Counted from the stretch's first letter, positions 41,917 through 51,986 are shown. The stretch: 64,000 nucleotides of DNA from Alphaproteobacteria bacterium (GCA_965221125.1 CBDCRW010000006.1:736001-800000), one strand, 5' to 3'. A program made the numbers and translations. Notes: a model not told the origin generated them from the letters alone.

Positions 41917-43529
41917 CCCGACCTATTCATGGACTGCCTTGCACTTGATGCTCGGTTGATTGGGCGCGTCGGGGCCTGACGCGGTTTGGCGTCGGGAACT
42001 GAGGATGGTCGTTATCGGGTTGATGGTTTATGGAGCCTGGGTGATTGGGGCACGCCGCCCCGTCGCTCATGGGCCTGCTGCGGCGAGGCGGCCTGCGAGC
42101 AGGCGGAAGAGGGCGGCGTCGGGGCAGGCCGAGGCGAAGTGGATGCGGATGCGGGTGGCCTTCTCGATGACGCGGGCACCGATCTTGAGGAGGCGCAGCC
42201 TGAGGGTTGCAAACTCTGCACGGGCGAGCGGCGCGGCGCGGGGAATGGCGTCGCGCAGCGCGAGCATGAGCCAGTAGGCTGCGGTGTGGAGGACCAGCCT
42301 GAGCTGATTGGCGAGCGGGCTCTGGCAGGAGGTGCGGTCCGAGGCGAGCTGGCCCTTGTGCATCTTGATCAGGTTCTCGGCCTGGCCGCGGGCGCAGTAG
42401 ATGTCTTCGTAGAGATGGCGGGGCTCGCCCTTGAGTGAGGTGACGACATAGCGGGCATCGAAGCCGCGGGTGCTCGCCTCGAGCCGGGCGACGACCCGGC
42501 GTTCGCAGCTCCAGGAGCGGGCGGCGTAGTCGAAGGCGGTGAAGCTGCGCATCCTGTCTGCGCCGGCCTTGGCGCGGCGCACCTTGAGATCGTCGGCCAT
42601 CTCGTATGCGAGCGCGTGCAGCGCGCGGTTGCCCGCGAGGCCGAAGATGTAGTCGACCCCGTTCTCCTCGCACCAGGCCATGGCTTCCGGGCGGCCGTAG
42701 TGGCTGTCTCCGCGGAAGACGATCCGGGTGTGCGGCCAGTGGCGGCGGATGCGGCGGACCAGATGCTTGATGAGGGTGCGGACCTCAGGGCCCGACGGCG
42801 TCTTGCCCGGGCGCAGGAGGACCGCCACCGGCTTGCCGCTTTCCACATGGTAGACGTGGACGGGCAGGAAGCAGCGCGTGTCGTAATGAGCGTTGAAGAG
42901 CGAGAGCTGCTGGTGGCCGTGCACCGCATCGCAGGTGTCGTCGATGTCAAGGGTTATGGCGGCGGGAGGGGCTTGGAAGCTGCGGCAGAAGAGATCGACC
43001 AGCGCCGCCGTCATGCGCGCCACCTCGATACGAGACGGCGCGTTCTCCAGGCGGCTCATGGTCGGCTGGGAGCAGAGTGCGCGGCCGCTCTCCGGCGCCT
43101 TGCCTGAGGCCAGCTTGAACAGAGGGTCCGCGCGCAGCGCGTCGCAGTCGTCGGCATCTTCGTAGCCACACGCAATGGCGAACATGCGGAAGCGCAGCAT
43201 GGCCGAGAGCGAGTGGATCACCTGCGCCTGCTTGCGCCGGTCGCGGATGCAGCCGGCCAGGGTCTCGGCCAGGCGCAAGCTGCGTTCCGCCTCACGAAGC
43301 AGGACGAGGCCGCCGTCAGACGAGATCAGGCCGCCGTCGAAGGCGGCGCTCACCTTCTTGCGTTGGACGCTTGGCAGATCGAAGGGAAGAAGACTATCGT
43401 CGGTCATGGCGGGCGTGGCATTTTCGTTGTTCGGAGAGGAAGACGCCTCGGCAACGAATTCCTACCCGATGGCAACGACTTACGCTACGTCCGCCACCCC
43501 AAAACCAGACCTGCCATGAATAATTCGGG
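41917..43529 (-). mobile_element. IS1380-family insertion sequence
   Basis: 16-bp IRs CCCGACCTATTCATGG / CCCGAATTATTCATGG; TTAA duplication at 41913-41916 and 43530-43533. Confidence 0.93.
42067..43407 (-). CDS. IS1380 transposase
   Basis: FDGGLISSDGG, GYEDADD, SQPTMSRLEN, LDIDDT, RGDSHY, YCARGQAEN. Confidence 0.94.
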   Translation of the reverse strand: MTDDSLLPFDLPSVQRKKVSAAFDGGLISSDGGLVLLREAERSLRLAETLAGCIRDRRKQAQVIHSLSAMLRFRMFAIACGYEDADDCDALRADPLFKLASGKAPESGRALCSQPTMSRLENAPSRIEVARMTAALVDLFCRSFQAPPAAITLDIDDTCDAVHGHQQLSLFNAHYDTRCFLPVHVYHVESGKPVAVLLRPGKTPSGPEVRTLIKHLVRRIRRHWPHTRIVFRGDSHYGRPEAMAWCEENGVDYIFGLAGNRALHALAYEMADDLKVRRAKAGADRMRSFTAFDYAARSWSCERRVVARLEASTRGFDARYVVTSLKGEPRHLYEDIYCARGQAENLIKMHKGQLASDRTSCQSPLANQLRLVLHTAAYWLMLALRDAIPRAAPLARAEFATLRLRLLKIGARVIEKATRIRIHFASACPDAALFRLLAGRLAAAGP

Positions 43530-44355
43530 TTAAAGGCGCGGTTTCTGAGCTACCGCTTGAACGTGCCGAGCGGTGATGAGAGCACTATGTTGCTGACGGT
43601 GGACGACTGGGAGCGGGTGTGCGAACGGCCGGTGCCGCCGCGCGAGGGCCGGCCTTTGTTCGCCTACGATCTCGGGGGTGGAAGAGCGTGGTCGGCAGGC
43701 GTGGCGTTGTGGCGCAACGGTCGGGTGGAGGCGCTGGCACTGGCGCCCGGCATCCCTAGCCTTGCCGAGCAGGAGAAGCGGGATAGGGTGCCGGCTGGAA
43801 CGTATCGCAAGCTGGCACAGAGCGGCGCCCTGCTCGTTGCCGAGAGCTTGCGGGTGCAACCCCCGGCCGCGCTGCATCGCGCCTGCACGGCCGCCTGGGG
43901 GCGCCCAGAGGTGATTCTATGCGACCACTTCCGGGTGAACGACCTGCGCGACTGTGTCAACGGCGCCGAAATCGTGGCCCGTCGCACCCGGTGGAGCGAG
44001 GCGGCCGAGGATATCCGGGCGCTGCGCCAGATGGCAGCCGACGGCCCGCTGTCGTGCGAGCAAGGCAGCCGGGCGCTGTTGACCGCGTCGCTATCGGGGG
44101 CGCTGGTGCTCAACGACGACCAAGGCAACGTCCGGTTGCGGAAGAAAGGCGTAAACAACGAGGCGCGCGATGACGTGGCCGCTGCCCTGGTGCTAGCGGC
44201 GGGTGCCTACAGCCGGTCGCTGAGGACGCCCCGTCAGCGGTGGCGGTACGCAGGCATGGCGGCTTGAGCGGGAATCACCTAAAGATATCCGCGCGCACAG
44301 GTCTCGAGTCCGGTGGCGCTGTGAGGTGAACATGTCGCAAGGTAAGCCTTAGAGT

Positions 44356-45045
44356 ATGAAGCGTCTTACGAAGATCGGTCTTATCGTTACCGGGGCGTGG
44401 GCACTAGCGTTTGCCATCGTTATCTACTTTCGCGCCGGCGACGCGATCGGGATGGATTTGAATGAGTGGGGTGACTTTCTCGCAGGAGCGTTCGCCCCAT
44501 TGGCTCTGTTCTGGCTGGTAATTGGTTACTTCCAGCACGGACAAGAATTGCGACTCAATACAAAGGCACTGAAGACGCAAGAGGAAGAATTACGTCGGCA
44601 GGCAAAGGAAACAGCGCGCCTTGTAGACGCAACTCAGGAGGAGCTCGGGTTCATGCAAGAGCGCGAGCGGCGGGAAGCTATGCCCGATCTCGTACCCACG
44701 GGAGGAGGGGCGAGAACGTCAGACGGGGCATTGGTGACTGATTTGCAGAACCGTGGCGCAGAAGTGCGCGATATTGTGGTTATCTGTGAAGAATCGTACG
44801 GTCTCACCTTTAGTCCGTCCAAGATTTGGGAGCCGAATAAGATTGGACATCTTATATTACGTCATACAGAACACCCGTCACCAGACTACCCAATTTTGTT
44901 TAGCATAGAATGCGTCGACCTAGTCGGATACTTACATACTATCAATTGCGAACTCCTTGGAGACAATATGGTTCAAATACTCGGACATACTTCTAAAAAT
45001 CTGACAATGGCGGAATTAGATGAGGTCAGAGAGACTGTAGGTTGA
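44356..45045 (+). CDS. Membrane-anchored accessory (cargo) protein
   Basis: Two N-terminal TM segments, LNEWGDFLAG..APLA..WLV, coiled coil; visibly AT-richer than flanks. Confidence 0.75.
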   Translation: MKRLTKIGLIVTGAWALAFAIVIYFRAGDAIGMDLNEWGDFLAGAFAPLALFWLVIGYFQHGQELRLNTKALKTQEEELRRQAKETARLVDATQEELGFMQERERREAMPDLVPTGGGARTSDGALVTDLQNRGAEVRDIVVICEESYGLTFSPSKIWEPNKIGHLILRHTEHPSPDYPILFSIECVDLVGYLHTINCELLGDNMVQILGHTSKNLTMAELDEVRETVG

Positions 45046-45326
45046 GCCACCACCACACCCGCCTAGACCCGCGCCGCTCGCAGCGCGTGCGCCGCGCGGC
45101 GTTCCGCCGAGATGGCTACCGCTGCCGCCAGTGCGGCCGGGCCGGCCGGCTGGAGTGCGACCACATTGTGCCGCTTGACCGGGGTGGGGCGCCGTATGAC
45201 TTGGCCAACCTGCAAACGCTGTGCCGGGGGTGCCACATTGAGAAAACGGCGGGGGAGAACCGGCACCAGCCAAGCCCCGAGCAACAGGCTTGGCGGGAAT
45301 ACCTTGCGTGCATGACCAGAATGTAA
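45042..45326 (+). CDS. HNH endonuclease (packaging-associated, HK97 gp74-like)
   Basis: RDGYRCRQCG, DHIVP, NLQTLCRGCH. Confidence 0.9.
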   Translation: MSHHHTRLDPRRSQRVRRAAFRRDGYRCRQCGRAGRLECDHIVPLDRGGAPYDLANLQTLCRGCHIEKTAGENRHQPSPEQQAWREYLACMTRM

Positions 45327-47097
45327 TACCAATACAGTTGGGTTGGTGCCGCCTGTTGGCTCCGGTCGCAGCAACCCAAGACTCGGGCGAGACGCCCACC
45401 GACTCGGCCGTGATGGCCTCCCCCTTCAACGCAACAAGGGAGGCCTCCGGCCGTGACCCCTGCACAAAGGAGACTTCGCGAATTGCGCGAGCGCCAATCG
45501 CGCGAGCGTGGCCGCATGGCCGAGCTTGGCATGGTCGATGCGCTGACCGACGAACAGCGCTCCGAACTCGACGCCATCGAAGCCGGCACGCCTGACCTGG
45601 AGCGCCAGATCAGGGCCGCCACCATCGCGGTCGATCAGGAAGATGCCGAGTAGCACACAGAGACCCGGACGCACGAGCCGGACGCCGAGCAGCGCGAGCG
45701 GATCGAACTGCGCAGCAAGGCGAGCCTGACCGAGTACCTGTTGGCGGCAGCACAAGGCCGGATGGTGGCCGGCGCGGAGGCGGAGCTACAGGCGGCTGCC
45801 GGCGTCAAAGGCATCCCCATTGAACTGTGGGACGTGCCAGAGACCCGTAACCGAGGCGACGGCCGCGAGACCCGTGCCATCACCGAGGCGCCCGGCACGG
45901 TCGGCGTCAACCTCGACCCCATCCGCCCCGCCGTCTTCGCCAACAGCATCGCGGCCCGGCTTGGCATCGACATGCCCAGGGTGGCAAGTGGCACCTATGC
46001 GACAGCGACCATCACCACGTCGCAGACTGCGGAGGCCAAGGCGAAGAGTGCTGCCATCGCCGCGACGGCGGGCGCCTTCACCCTCAGCACGGCGACGCCG
46101 AAGCGGGTGAGCGCGCGACTGGAACTCACGCTCGAGGACATCGCAGCCGTGGGGCAGGCCAACTTCGAGAGCATTCTCCGCGAGAACCTGTCGCTCGCGT
46201 TGTCCGATGAACTGGACGATCAGGCGATCAACGGCGCTGGCCAGAACAATGATCTCAACGGAATGTTCAAGGCGCTCACCGACCCGTCCGCACCGGCGGC
46301 GGGGGTGGCGAGCTTCGACACCTTCGTTGCCGCTTTCGCGGGTGGTATCGACGGTCTTTGGGCGAACACCGTCGGCGATGTGGCCATCGTCGCGGGGGTG
46401 GATACCTACCAGCTGTCTGCGAAGGTGTTCCGAGATGTGGGCACGAACAACGGCCATCGCGGCGACATCAGCTTTGCCGACTACGCCAAGGAACACTTCG
46501 GCGGCTTCTGGACGAATAAGAGGATGCCGGCGAAGGCGAACCATATCCAGCAGGCCATCCTGTACCGGAAGGGCCGGTCCATGATGGGCGGGGGCGGGGC
46601 GATGCGCACCGCCGTTTGCCCGCATTGGGGCGAGGTGTCCATTGATGACATCTACAGCGGCTCCGCGAAGGCGGAGCGCTACGTGACCATGCTGTTGTTT
46701 CGCACGTTATTTGACGCCGAATCTCCCAGATTATTTGACGTGATCGCTGCCCTGATTTCCCAGATTGCTCGGTCTTTTCCGGATCGAAGCGTAGGAGCTC
46801 ATGGTCTCTGCGGGCGGTCCGGGGTCGCTGTCTGATTGAGGTTTGGACTGGTGCTTGAGGAGAGCTGACGAGGTGTCGCGCGGCCGTCGGCGCGTCAAGC
46901 GGCTGCGCCGCTCCTGCGCTTCGCTTCGGCCCTTCGGGTGACTCGCCACCGTCCACACGACGAAGTGCTGCCATGGCCTGAAGCAAGCTTCCGGCCACGG
47001 ACTGGCCGCTCACCTGACGTAGTATCCCGGTGGAGGCGCAGCGCCTTCCGGACCGTTGGGGAAGGGTGGTTCCCGACGGCGGTTCCGGCTCGAACCC

Positions 47098-48138
47098 CTA
47101 GGCGTTGGCGGAACCGGGCTCCGGGAACCGCGGGGCCTGCGGCCGACTGCTGCCGTTGGCGGCGGCGGCCGCCGCCCGCTTGTCCGCTGCGCCTGCGACG
47201 ACGCTGTAGCCGCCCTCGGCGTTGCGCGCGACGCGACCCTCCTGGACGAGCTTTTGCAAGATTACGCCGACGGTCTTGTGCCGGGTCGCGGCGCGTTCCC
47301 GGATCTGGCGTTGCGAGAGCGGCGCCCCGGCGTCGGCGAGCGCCTTGAGAACGCGGCATTCGGGTGTTTCGGGCTGAGGCGCCCCGCCGCCGGCCGTGGG
47401 CGGCTGGCGCAGCCGGAAGGAGGGCTCCTCTCCGTCTTCCTTGAGCTCGATCTCGATGTCGTCGAGACCGCGTGCGGCGCGATGCTCGACGGTCATGAGG
47501 GTCTGCCGGTCCCGGCGGCGCAGGTAGAGGTTCGAGTCCCCCCAGGCGTGCAGCTCACTGCTGCCCCGCAGGGCCTGCCCCGGCCTCGTGGCCCCGCTCT
47601 TGCGGGCGTGGTGGACGAGGAGGACGGCGGTCTCGAAGCGGCGTTGCAGGTCGCGCAGGAAGCCGAGGATCGGGGCGACGTCCGCAACCGTGTTCTCGTC
47701 CACGCCGTGCAGGCGGACCAGGGGGTCGAGGACCACGAGGCGCGGTGCGATGCGCTCCACGGTCTGCTGCAGGCGGCGGCGGTCGTCGAGATGGTCGAGG
47801 CGCAGTGTGGGCACGTCGATGACGGCGATGTCGAGGGTCTCGAAGCGGGCGCCTGCGGCGCGGGCGATCCCCTGCAGGCGCTTGCGCACGAGGTGGCCGG
47901 CGTCTTCTGCGGCGAACAGCAGGACCGGGCCAGGCCGGGCCGGGGCGAAGTGCCGCAGGCATGGGACGCCGGCGGCGACTGCGACCGCGAGGTCCAGCGC
48001 CAGGATGGACTTGCCGCACTTCGGCTCGCCGCCGACGATGCCGACGGCCTGCTCGCCCCATAGCGTGTCCACCAGCCATTGCTGCTCGCGCGGCCGCTCC
48101 TCCAGCTCGATCGGGGCGCGGGTCGGGAAGCCGGTCAT
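47098..48138 (-). CDS. AAA_25 (RepA/RecA-like) ATPase with C-terminal winged-helix-like region
   Basis: WLVDTLW, GGEPKCGKS, AAED, LVVLDPL, LLVHHARK, LRGSS; ATGA overlap with the ExeA-like gene. Confidence 0.85.
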   Translation of the reverse strand: MTGFPTRAPIELEERPREQQWLVDTLWGEQAVGIVGGEPKCGKSILALDLAVAVAAGVPCLRHFAPARPGPVLLFAAEDAGHLVRKRLQGIARAAGARFETLDIAVIDVPTLRLDHLDDRRRLQQTVERIAPRLVVLDPLVRLHGVDENTVADVAPILGFLRDLQRRFETAVLLVHHARKSGATRPGQALRGSSELHAWGDSNLYLRRRDRQTLMTVEHRAARGLDDIEIELKEDGEEPSFRLRQPPTAGGGAPQPETPECRVLKALADAGAPLSQRQIRERAATRHKTVGVILQKLVQEGRVARNAEGGYSVVAGAADKRAAAAAANGSSRPQAPRFPEPGSANA

Positions 48139-48935
48139 GGCCGCAGTTCCTCGAGCGCGTGCTGCAGGTGGTCGGCACTGACGGTCCTCGCCTCGTCGAG
48201 AGCGGCGGCGGAGAGCGCGTAGTGGGCGATGCGGTTGATCTGGCGCGGCAGGCCGCGCGCGCCCTGGAACAGGGCCTCGACGGCGGGCTCTTCGAACAGC
48301 GGCAGTTCGCATCCCGCGAGCCTGAGGCGGTGCTTGATGTAAGCGTCGACCTCGTCGCGGTCGAGACCGCTCAGGTGGTGGCGGACGACGAGGCGCTGGC
48401 TGAGGGATTCGTGCATGGCCATGGCCAGGCGGCGCCTGAGCTCGGTCAGACCGACGAGGACGAGGCACAGGCGCTGCTCTGCATCCATGGCGAAGTTGGT
48501 GAGCAGGCGCAGGTCCTCAAGGACGTCGTTGCGCAGATGATGGGCCTCGTCGATGACGAGGACCGGCAGCTGCTTGGCCTCGGTGACGAGGCGGGAGATC
48601 TCGTTTCGGATGGCCTGATAGGCCGAGGCGCGGGAGCGCTCGATGGGCAGGCCGATCTCCCACGCGATCGCCTTGTACATGTCGAGCACGTTGCCCGTGG
48701 TCAGCGAGACGTAGTGGACCCGGTAGAGGCCTGGATGAAGCTGCGCGGTCAGATGCCGGCACACGGTGGTCTTGCCGGAGCCCACCTCGCCGGTGAGCAG
48801 GCCGATGCCGCGCAGGTCGATGAGGTGGCCGAGCCTGGCCTCGGCCTCGCGGCGCGCGTTGGACTCGAACAGCTCGTCGGTCTCTGCCGGGGTCTCGAAG
48901 GGCAGGCGGGTGAAGGCGAAGTGGCGCAGGTACAT
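48135..48935 (-). CDS. ExeA/GspA-like AAA ATPase (transposition regulator)
   Basis: YLRHFAFTRLPF, TGEVGSGKTT, LVIDEAH, GLPRQIN. Confidence 0.9.
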   Translation of the reverse strand: MYLRHFAFTRLPFETPAETDELFESNARREAEARLGHLIDLRGIGLLTGEVGSGKTTVCRHLTAQLHPGLYRVHYVSLTTGNVLDMYKAIAWEIGLPIERSRASAYQAIRNEISRLVTEAKQLPVLVIDEAHHLRNDVLEDLRLLTNFAMDAEQRLCLVLVGLTELRRRLAMAMHESLSQRLVVRHHLSGLDRDEVDAYIKHRLRLAGCELPLFEEPAVEALFQGARGLPRQINRIAHYALSAAALDEARTVSADHLQHALEELRP

Positions 48936-50263
48936 CACTCGTCCTCCTTCTTGTCCTTGAGGTTGCGCATGGCCAGCGGCGAGGGCGGAGGCTCGGGCGC
49001 CGGATCTTCGGCCTCGATCTCCCTGGCCGGGTAGGTGCGCCTGACGGCGGTATTGGCGTAGGCGTCGAGAGGGCTGGCCTTGCCGGCCGGCTTGCCGTCA
49101 TGGACCACGTCGAGAGGGCGCGAGGGCGGCGCGGCCGGGTCGTAGCGCAGGATGACGTTCTGACCCACCAGGAGGGCGTCGACCTCGTAGACGCGGCCGT
49201 TCAGACTAACGGTGCGGTCCTTGTAGACACGGCGCCTGGCCTCGAAGAGGAACAGATCGTCGAGGTCCATGGTGGCGTCGGGATAGCGCACGCCGGCCGA
49301 GGCCAGCGCCCACTGCTCAAGCGGGGTGCGCCCCTCGTCGAGGCCACGATGCGGGCTGTTGTGATACTCCCCCTCGATCCAGGCCCAGAGGCTGCGGTTG
49401 AGCGCCTCCAGGCTGTCGACGTCATCGCCGAGGTGGCGGAGCCAGCCGGCCCGGAGGGTGCGGAAGAAGCGCTCGATCTTACCCTTTCCCGCTGGCTGGA
49501 ACGCCCTTGCGTGAATCAACGCAACGCCGAGCCTGGCGCAGACCAGGGAGAGATGACGGGAGCGGTAGGCGCTTCCGTTGTCGACGTACAAGCGGGCCGG
49601 GAGGCCGCGCCGGATCAGCGCGTCCTTGAACACCGGCAGGAACGCCGCAGTGTTCTCCGCCATGGCGAAGGCGGCGAACGGGATGACGCGGGTGGCGTCG
49701 TCGATGAAGGCGATCAGGTAGGTCTTGCGCCGGGTTCGGCCGTGCCGGACCTTGGGTCCGTGCATGACGTCGCTCATCCACATCTCGCCGGCATGCCGGA
49801 AGGCGAAGCGGCGGCGATCCGCCCCGTCGGGCGGCTTCTTGTCGAACAGGCCCTCGCGGCTGAAGAGGCGGTGCACGGTGGACGAGGCGAGCGGGTGGTC
49901 GATACCCTCCTCCTTGACCTTCTGGATGATGGCGCGAACCGACAATGCGTCGTTCTCGGTCTTCAGCGCGATGAGGCGCTCGGCGACCTCGGGCGGCAGC
50001 CGCCGGGGCTTCCCCCGGTCGGTGCGGGGCTTGGGGTAGAGCGCGTCGAAGCCGCCGTAGCGGTAGTCCTTGATCCAGCGCCGCATGGTCTCGGCGGCGA
50101 CCCGGGTCCTGGTGGTTCCGGGGATCGTGTAGGTCTTCTCGGCTTTGGCGCGCATCATCGCGCCGGCACCCGGTGCACCCACGGGCAGATGCACCAGATC
50201 GGCGATGACGTCGTATCGGAAGAGCGCGATCTGTTGGCGAAGGTCGTCGTCTGAGCTGTTCAT
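48935..50263 (-). CDS. DDE transposase (rve core, Mu-type C-terminus)
   Basis: WMSD, FIDDATR, LYVDNGSAY, GKGKIERFF, RRVYKDRTVSLNG. Confidence 0.92.
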   Translation of the reverse strand: MNSSDDDLRQQIALFRYDVIADLVHLPVGAPGAGAMMRAKAEKTYTIPGTTRTRVAAETMRRWIKDYRYGGFDALYPKPRTDRGKPRRLPPEVAERLIALKTENDALSVRAIIQKVKEEGIDHPLASSTVHRLFSREGLFDKKPPDGADRRRFAFRHAGEMWMSDVMHGPKVRHGRTRRKTYLIAFIDDATRVIPFAAFAMAENTAAFLPVFKDALIRRGLPARLYVDNGSAYRSRHLSLVCARLGVALIHARAFQPAGKGKIERFFRTLRAGWLRHLGDDVDSLEALNRSLWAWIEGEYHNSPHRGLDEGRTPLEQWALASAGVRYPDATMDLDDLFLFEARRRVYKDRTVSLNGRVYEVDALLVGQNVILRYDPAAPPSRPLDVVHDGKPAGKASPLDAYANTAVRRTYPAREIEAEDPAPEPPPSPLAMRNLKDKKEDE

Positions 50264-50308
50264 GGTGCGATCCTCGTTCAGGGACTCCCTGGCCCCGGGA
50301 TCGTCACG

Positions 50309-50944
50309 CTACGAACTCTCCGGCGGCGGGTCCGGCCCCGCCCGTTGTTGGAACTGCGGTTTGCGATTCCCCACGTCGATGCCGTGGGGTTGGAAGCCCA
50401 GAGGCGCGGGTAGCGTCCGGAGCTGCCCGGCGACCAGGCCGCGCAGTTCCATCAACGCGCTGTCGCTCTTCAGACGCTCGCGCACCGCGCTCATGGTGGG
50501 CGCGCAGCCCGCGAGCAGGTCGGGGATCAGGCCGATGACGCGCACAAGCGCGTCGTGCACAAGCTTCAGCCTGCGGCGGATCCAACGCACGGCGCCGGGA
50601 AGCTCGATGGCGTCCTCGTCCTCGGGGCAGCGCACCTCGTCCGCTGCCTCCTCCAGGCTGCCGGCCTCCTCCGCCACGACAACAACCGCTTCCAGCGCAT
50701 CGAGCGTGCCCGGCAGCCGCGCCGCCAGACAGTCGGCCAGCAGGCCGATGGTCGTATGGCTCTCACGGCAATACCAGCGAGGAACCCTTGCGCCGGGCGG
50801 GGTCTTCCGCTCGTAGGTGCCGTGGCTTGCCACAGAACATCCGCCGTGCGGGTGATTCGGGCAGCGCTCAAGCCTTGCGTCGCGCCACGCCTCGGTCTTA
50901 ACGTATTCCTCGCTGGTGAGCCCCGTTTCGTAGCGAAGCTGCAC
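50309..50944 (-). CDS. First ORF of the transposon, Cys/His putative Zn-binding protein
   Basis: CPNH...C..HGTYER...RWYC...T..LL.DCL..R; resembles DUF6431-like leaders by inference. Confidence 0.65.
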   Translation of the reverse strand: MQLRYETGLTSEEYVKTEAWRDARLERCPNHPHGGCSVASHGTYERKTPPGARVPRWYCRESHTTIGLLADCLAARLPGTLDALEAVVVVAEEAGSLEEAADEVRCPEDEDAIELPGAVRWIRRRLKLVHDALVRVIGLIPDLLAGCAPTMSAVRERLKSDSALMELRGLVAGQLRTLPAPLGFQPHGIDVGNRKPQFQQRAGPDPPPESS

Positions 50945-51033
50945 CGGCCCTGGCCCGGCGGGAGTTCCGTCCCCCGGGCCTCTCTTTGTCGTTCAGTGAG
51001 AGGCCAAGATTACGGACGCTCCCCGCCGCCGCC

Positions 51034-51167
51034 AAGCTGTGGAGCCGTGGACGCGTCCTGCGGACCGATCGGCGTCCTGCGGACCGTGTGGACAGCCCGT
51101 GGACAAGCTGGCGCTTGCCCACCGCCTGACCACACTCGCCGATCTCGCGCCCACCGCTCCACAGCTT
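51034..51167. other. Long nested hairpin in the transposon leader
   Basis: AAGCTGTGGAGC/GCTCCACAGCTT, GTGGACGCG/CGCGCCCAC, GTGTGGACAG/CTGACCACAC, GTGGACAAGC/GCTTGCCCAC. Confidence 0.7.
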
Positions 51168-51413
51168 CAACAGCAATGAGGATTCTGCTGAGGATCAAAA
51201 AAATGCCGCAGGCAGCGTCCTTCCCGCACTCGGCCACCATCCCGGGAAATCCACCAACCAATCAAAGTGAGAAAAAAACCCGTGCTTCTATCCGGCTAGA
51301 CCGGAAAACAACACATGCACGTCTTACTTGGTGACGTGATCCTCGTTCAGCCCGACGCCTACGCCCAGGTGGCATTCCGCGTCTCGACCTAAGCGGGCGC
51401 CCAGGGGGCGACC

Positions 51414-51986
51414 ATGGCCGAGTATCCGATCTTCGACGGGGCGCTGGAGCTGCGGCGCTCCGGAGGCGCCCGCACGCTCCACGGCCGTTTCAACTACGGC
51501 AGCACGGCGACTACCCGTGACCGGGGCCGAGTGCGGAAGGAGCGGTTTCAACCCCGCGCCTTTCGCTACGCCATCGACCAGGATCCAGAGCGACGCGTCG
51601 ACCTTCTGGTCGGACACGACTACGGGAAGCCGCTCGCGAGCCGGCAGGCGGGCACGCTCGACATCGCTGACGGCGACGACGCGGTGACGTTCACGGCGCG
51701 CCTGCCCGAAGACCCGCCGACATGGGTCCGCGATGCCGAGCTTGCCATCGCAGCCGGCTTGATGGTTGGGCTTAGCCCCGGCTTCACCGTGCCGCCGACA
51801 TCGGTGGTGCCGGACGCGGAGGTGCTTGAGGACGAGCCGGGCAACCCCGGCGTCCAGGTGCGCGTCATTCGCGAGGCGGTGCTGCGAGAGTTCAGCGTGG
51901 TGACATCGCCCGCCTACACGGACGCGGCGGTCGACATCCGGTCGGACCTTCTCACACCCCCTCGGAGGCGCCGGCTATGGCTGTAG
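51414..51986 (+). CDS. HK97-type prohead protease
   Basis: ERFQPRAF, LLVGHD, GLSPGF, LREFSVVTSPAY. Confidence 0.9.
   Translation: MAEYPIFDGALELRRSGGARTLHGRFNYGSTATTRDRGRVRKERFQPRAFRYAIDQDPERRVDLLVGHDYGKPLASRQAGTLDIADGDDAVTFTARLPEDPPTWVRDAELAIAAGLMVGLSPGFTVPPTSVVPDAEVLEDEPGNPGVQVRVIREAVLREFSVVTSPAYTDAAVDIRSDLLTPPRRRRLWL

Larger units (their letters stand above)
41223..44267 (+). pseudogene. Terminase large subunit interrupted by IS1380
   Basis: Walker A IPRGNGKS, Walker B AVCDE, nuclease motifs AYDLG and RDDVAAA; removing the IS plus one TTAA restores a 475-aa frame (...RDSRL-KARFLSYRLNVP...). Confidence 0.88.
46693..51313 (-). mobile_element. 4.6 kb TGT...ACA transposon (DDE transposase + ExeA-like ATPase + AAA_25 ATPase)
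   Basis: TGTTGTTT terminal IRs; 5-bp CATGC duplication (46688-46692, 51314-51318); subterminal repeats TTATTTGACG x2 and TCCCAGATT x2. Confidence 0.9.
45453..51392 (+). pseudogene. HK97-like major capsid protein disrupted by an amber stop and a transposon
   Basis: Coiled-coil N-terminus, TAG at 45651-45653 in frame with 45741; C-terminus HVLLGDVILVQPDAYAQVAFRVST* resumes after 51318; restored frame 437 codons plus stop. Confidence 0.8.

Noticed and set aside
41223-41948. TerL as a naturally split ATPase + nuclease pair
   Set aside because: The split is explained by IS1380 with a TTAA duplication, and the frame is restored on removal.
45741-46835. 364-aa capsid ORF as a complete gene
   Set aside because: It starts downstream of an in-frame stop, and its tail (LLFRTLF...) is read from transposon DNA.
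46693-51313. CAST or canonical Tn7
   Set aside because: No Cas, CRISPR array, TnsA or TniQ/TnsD recognisable.
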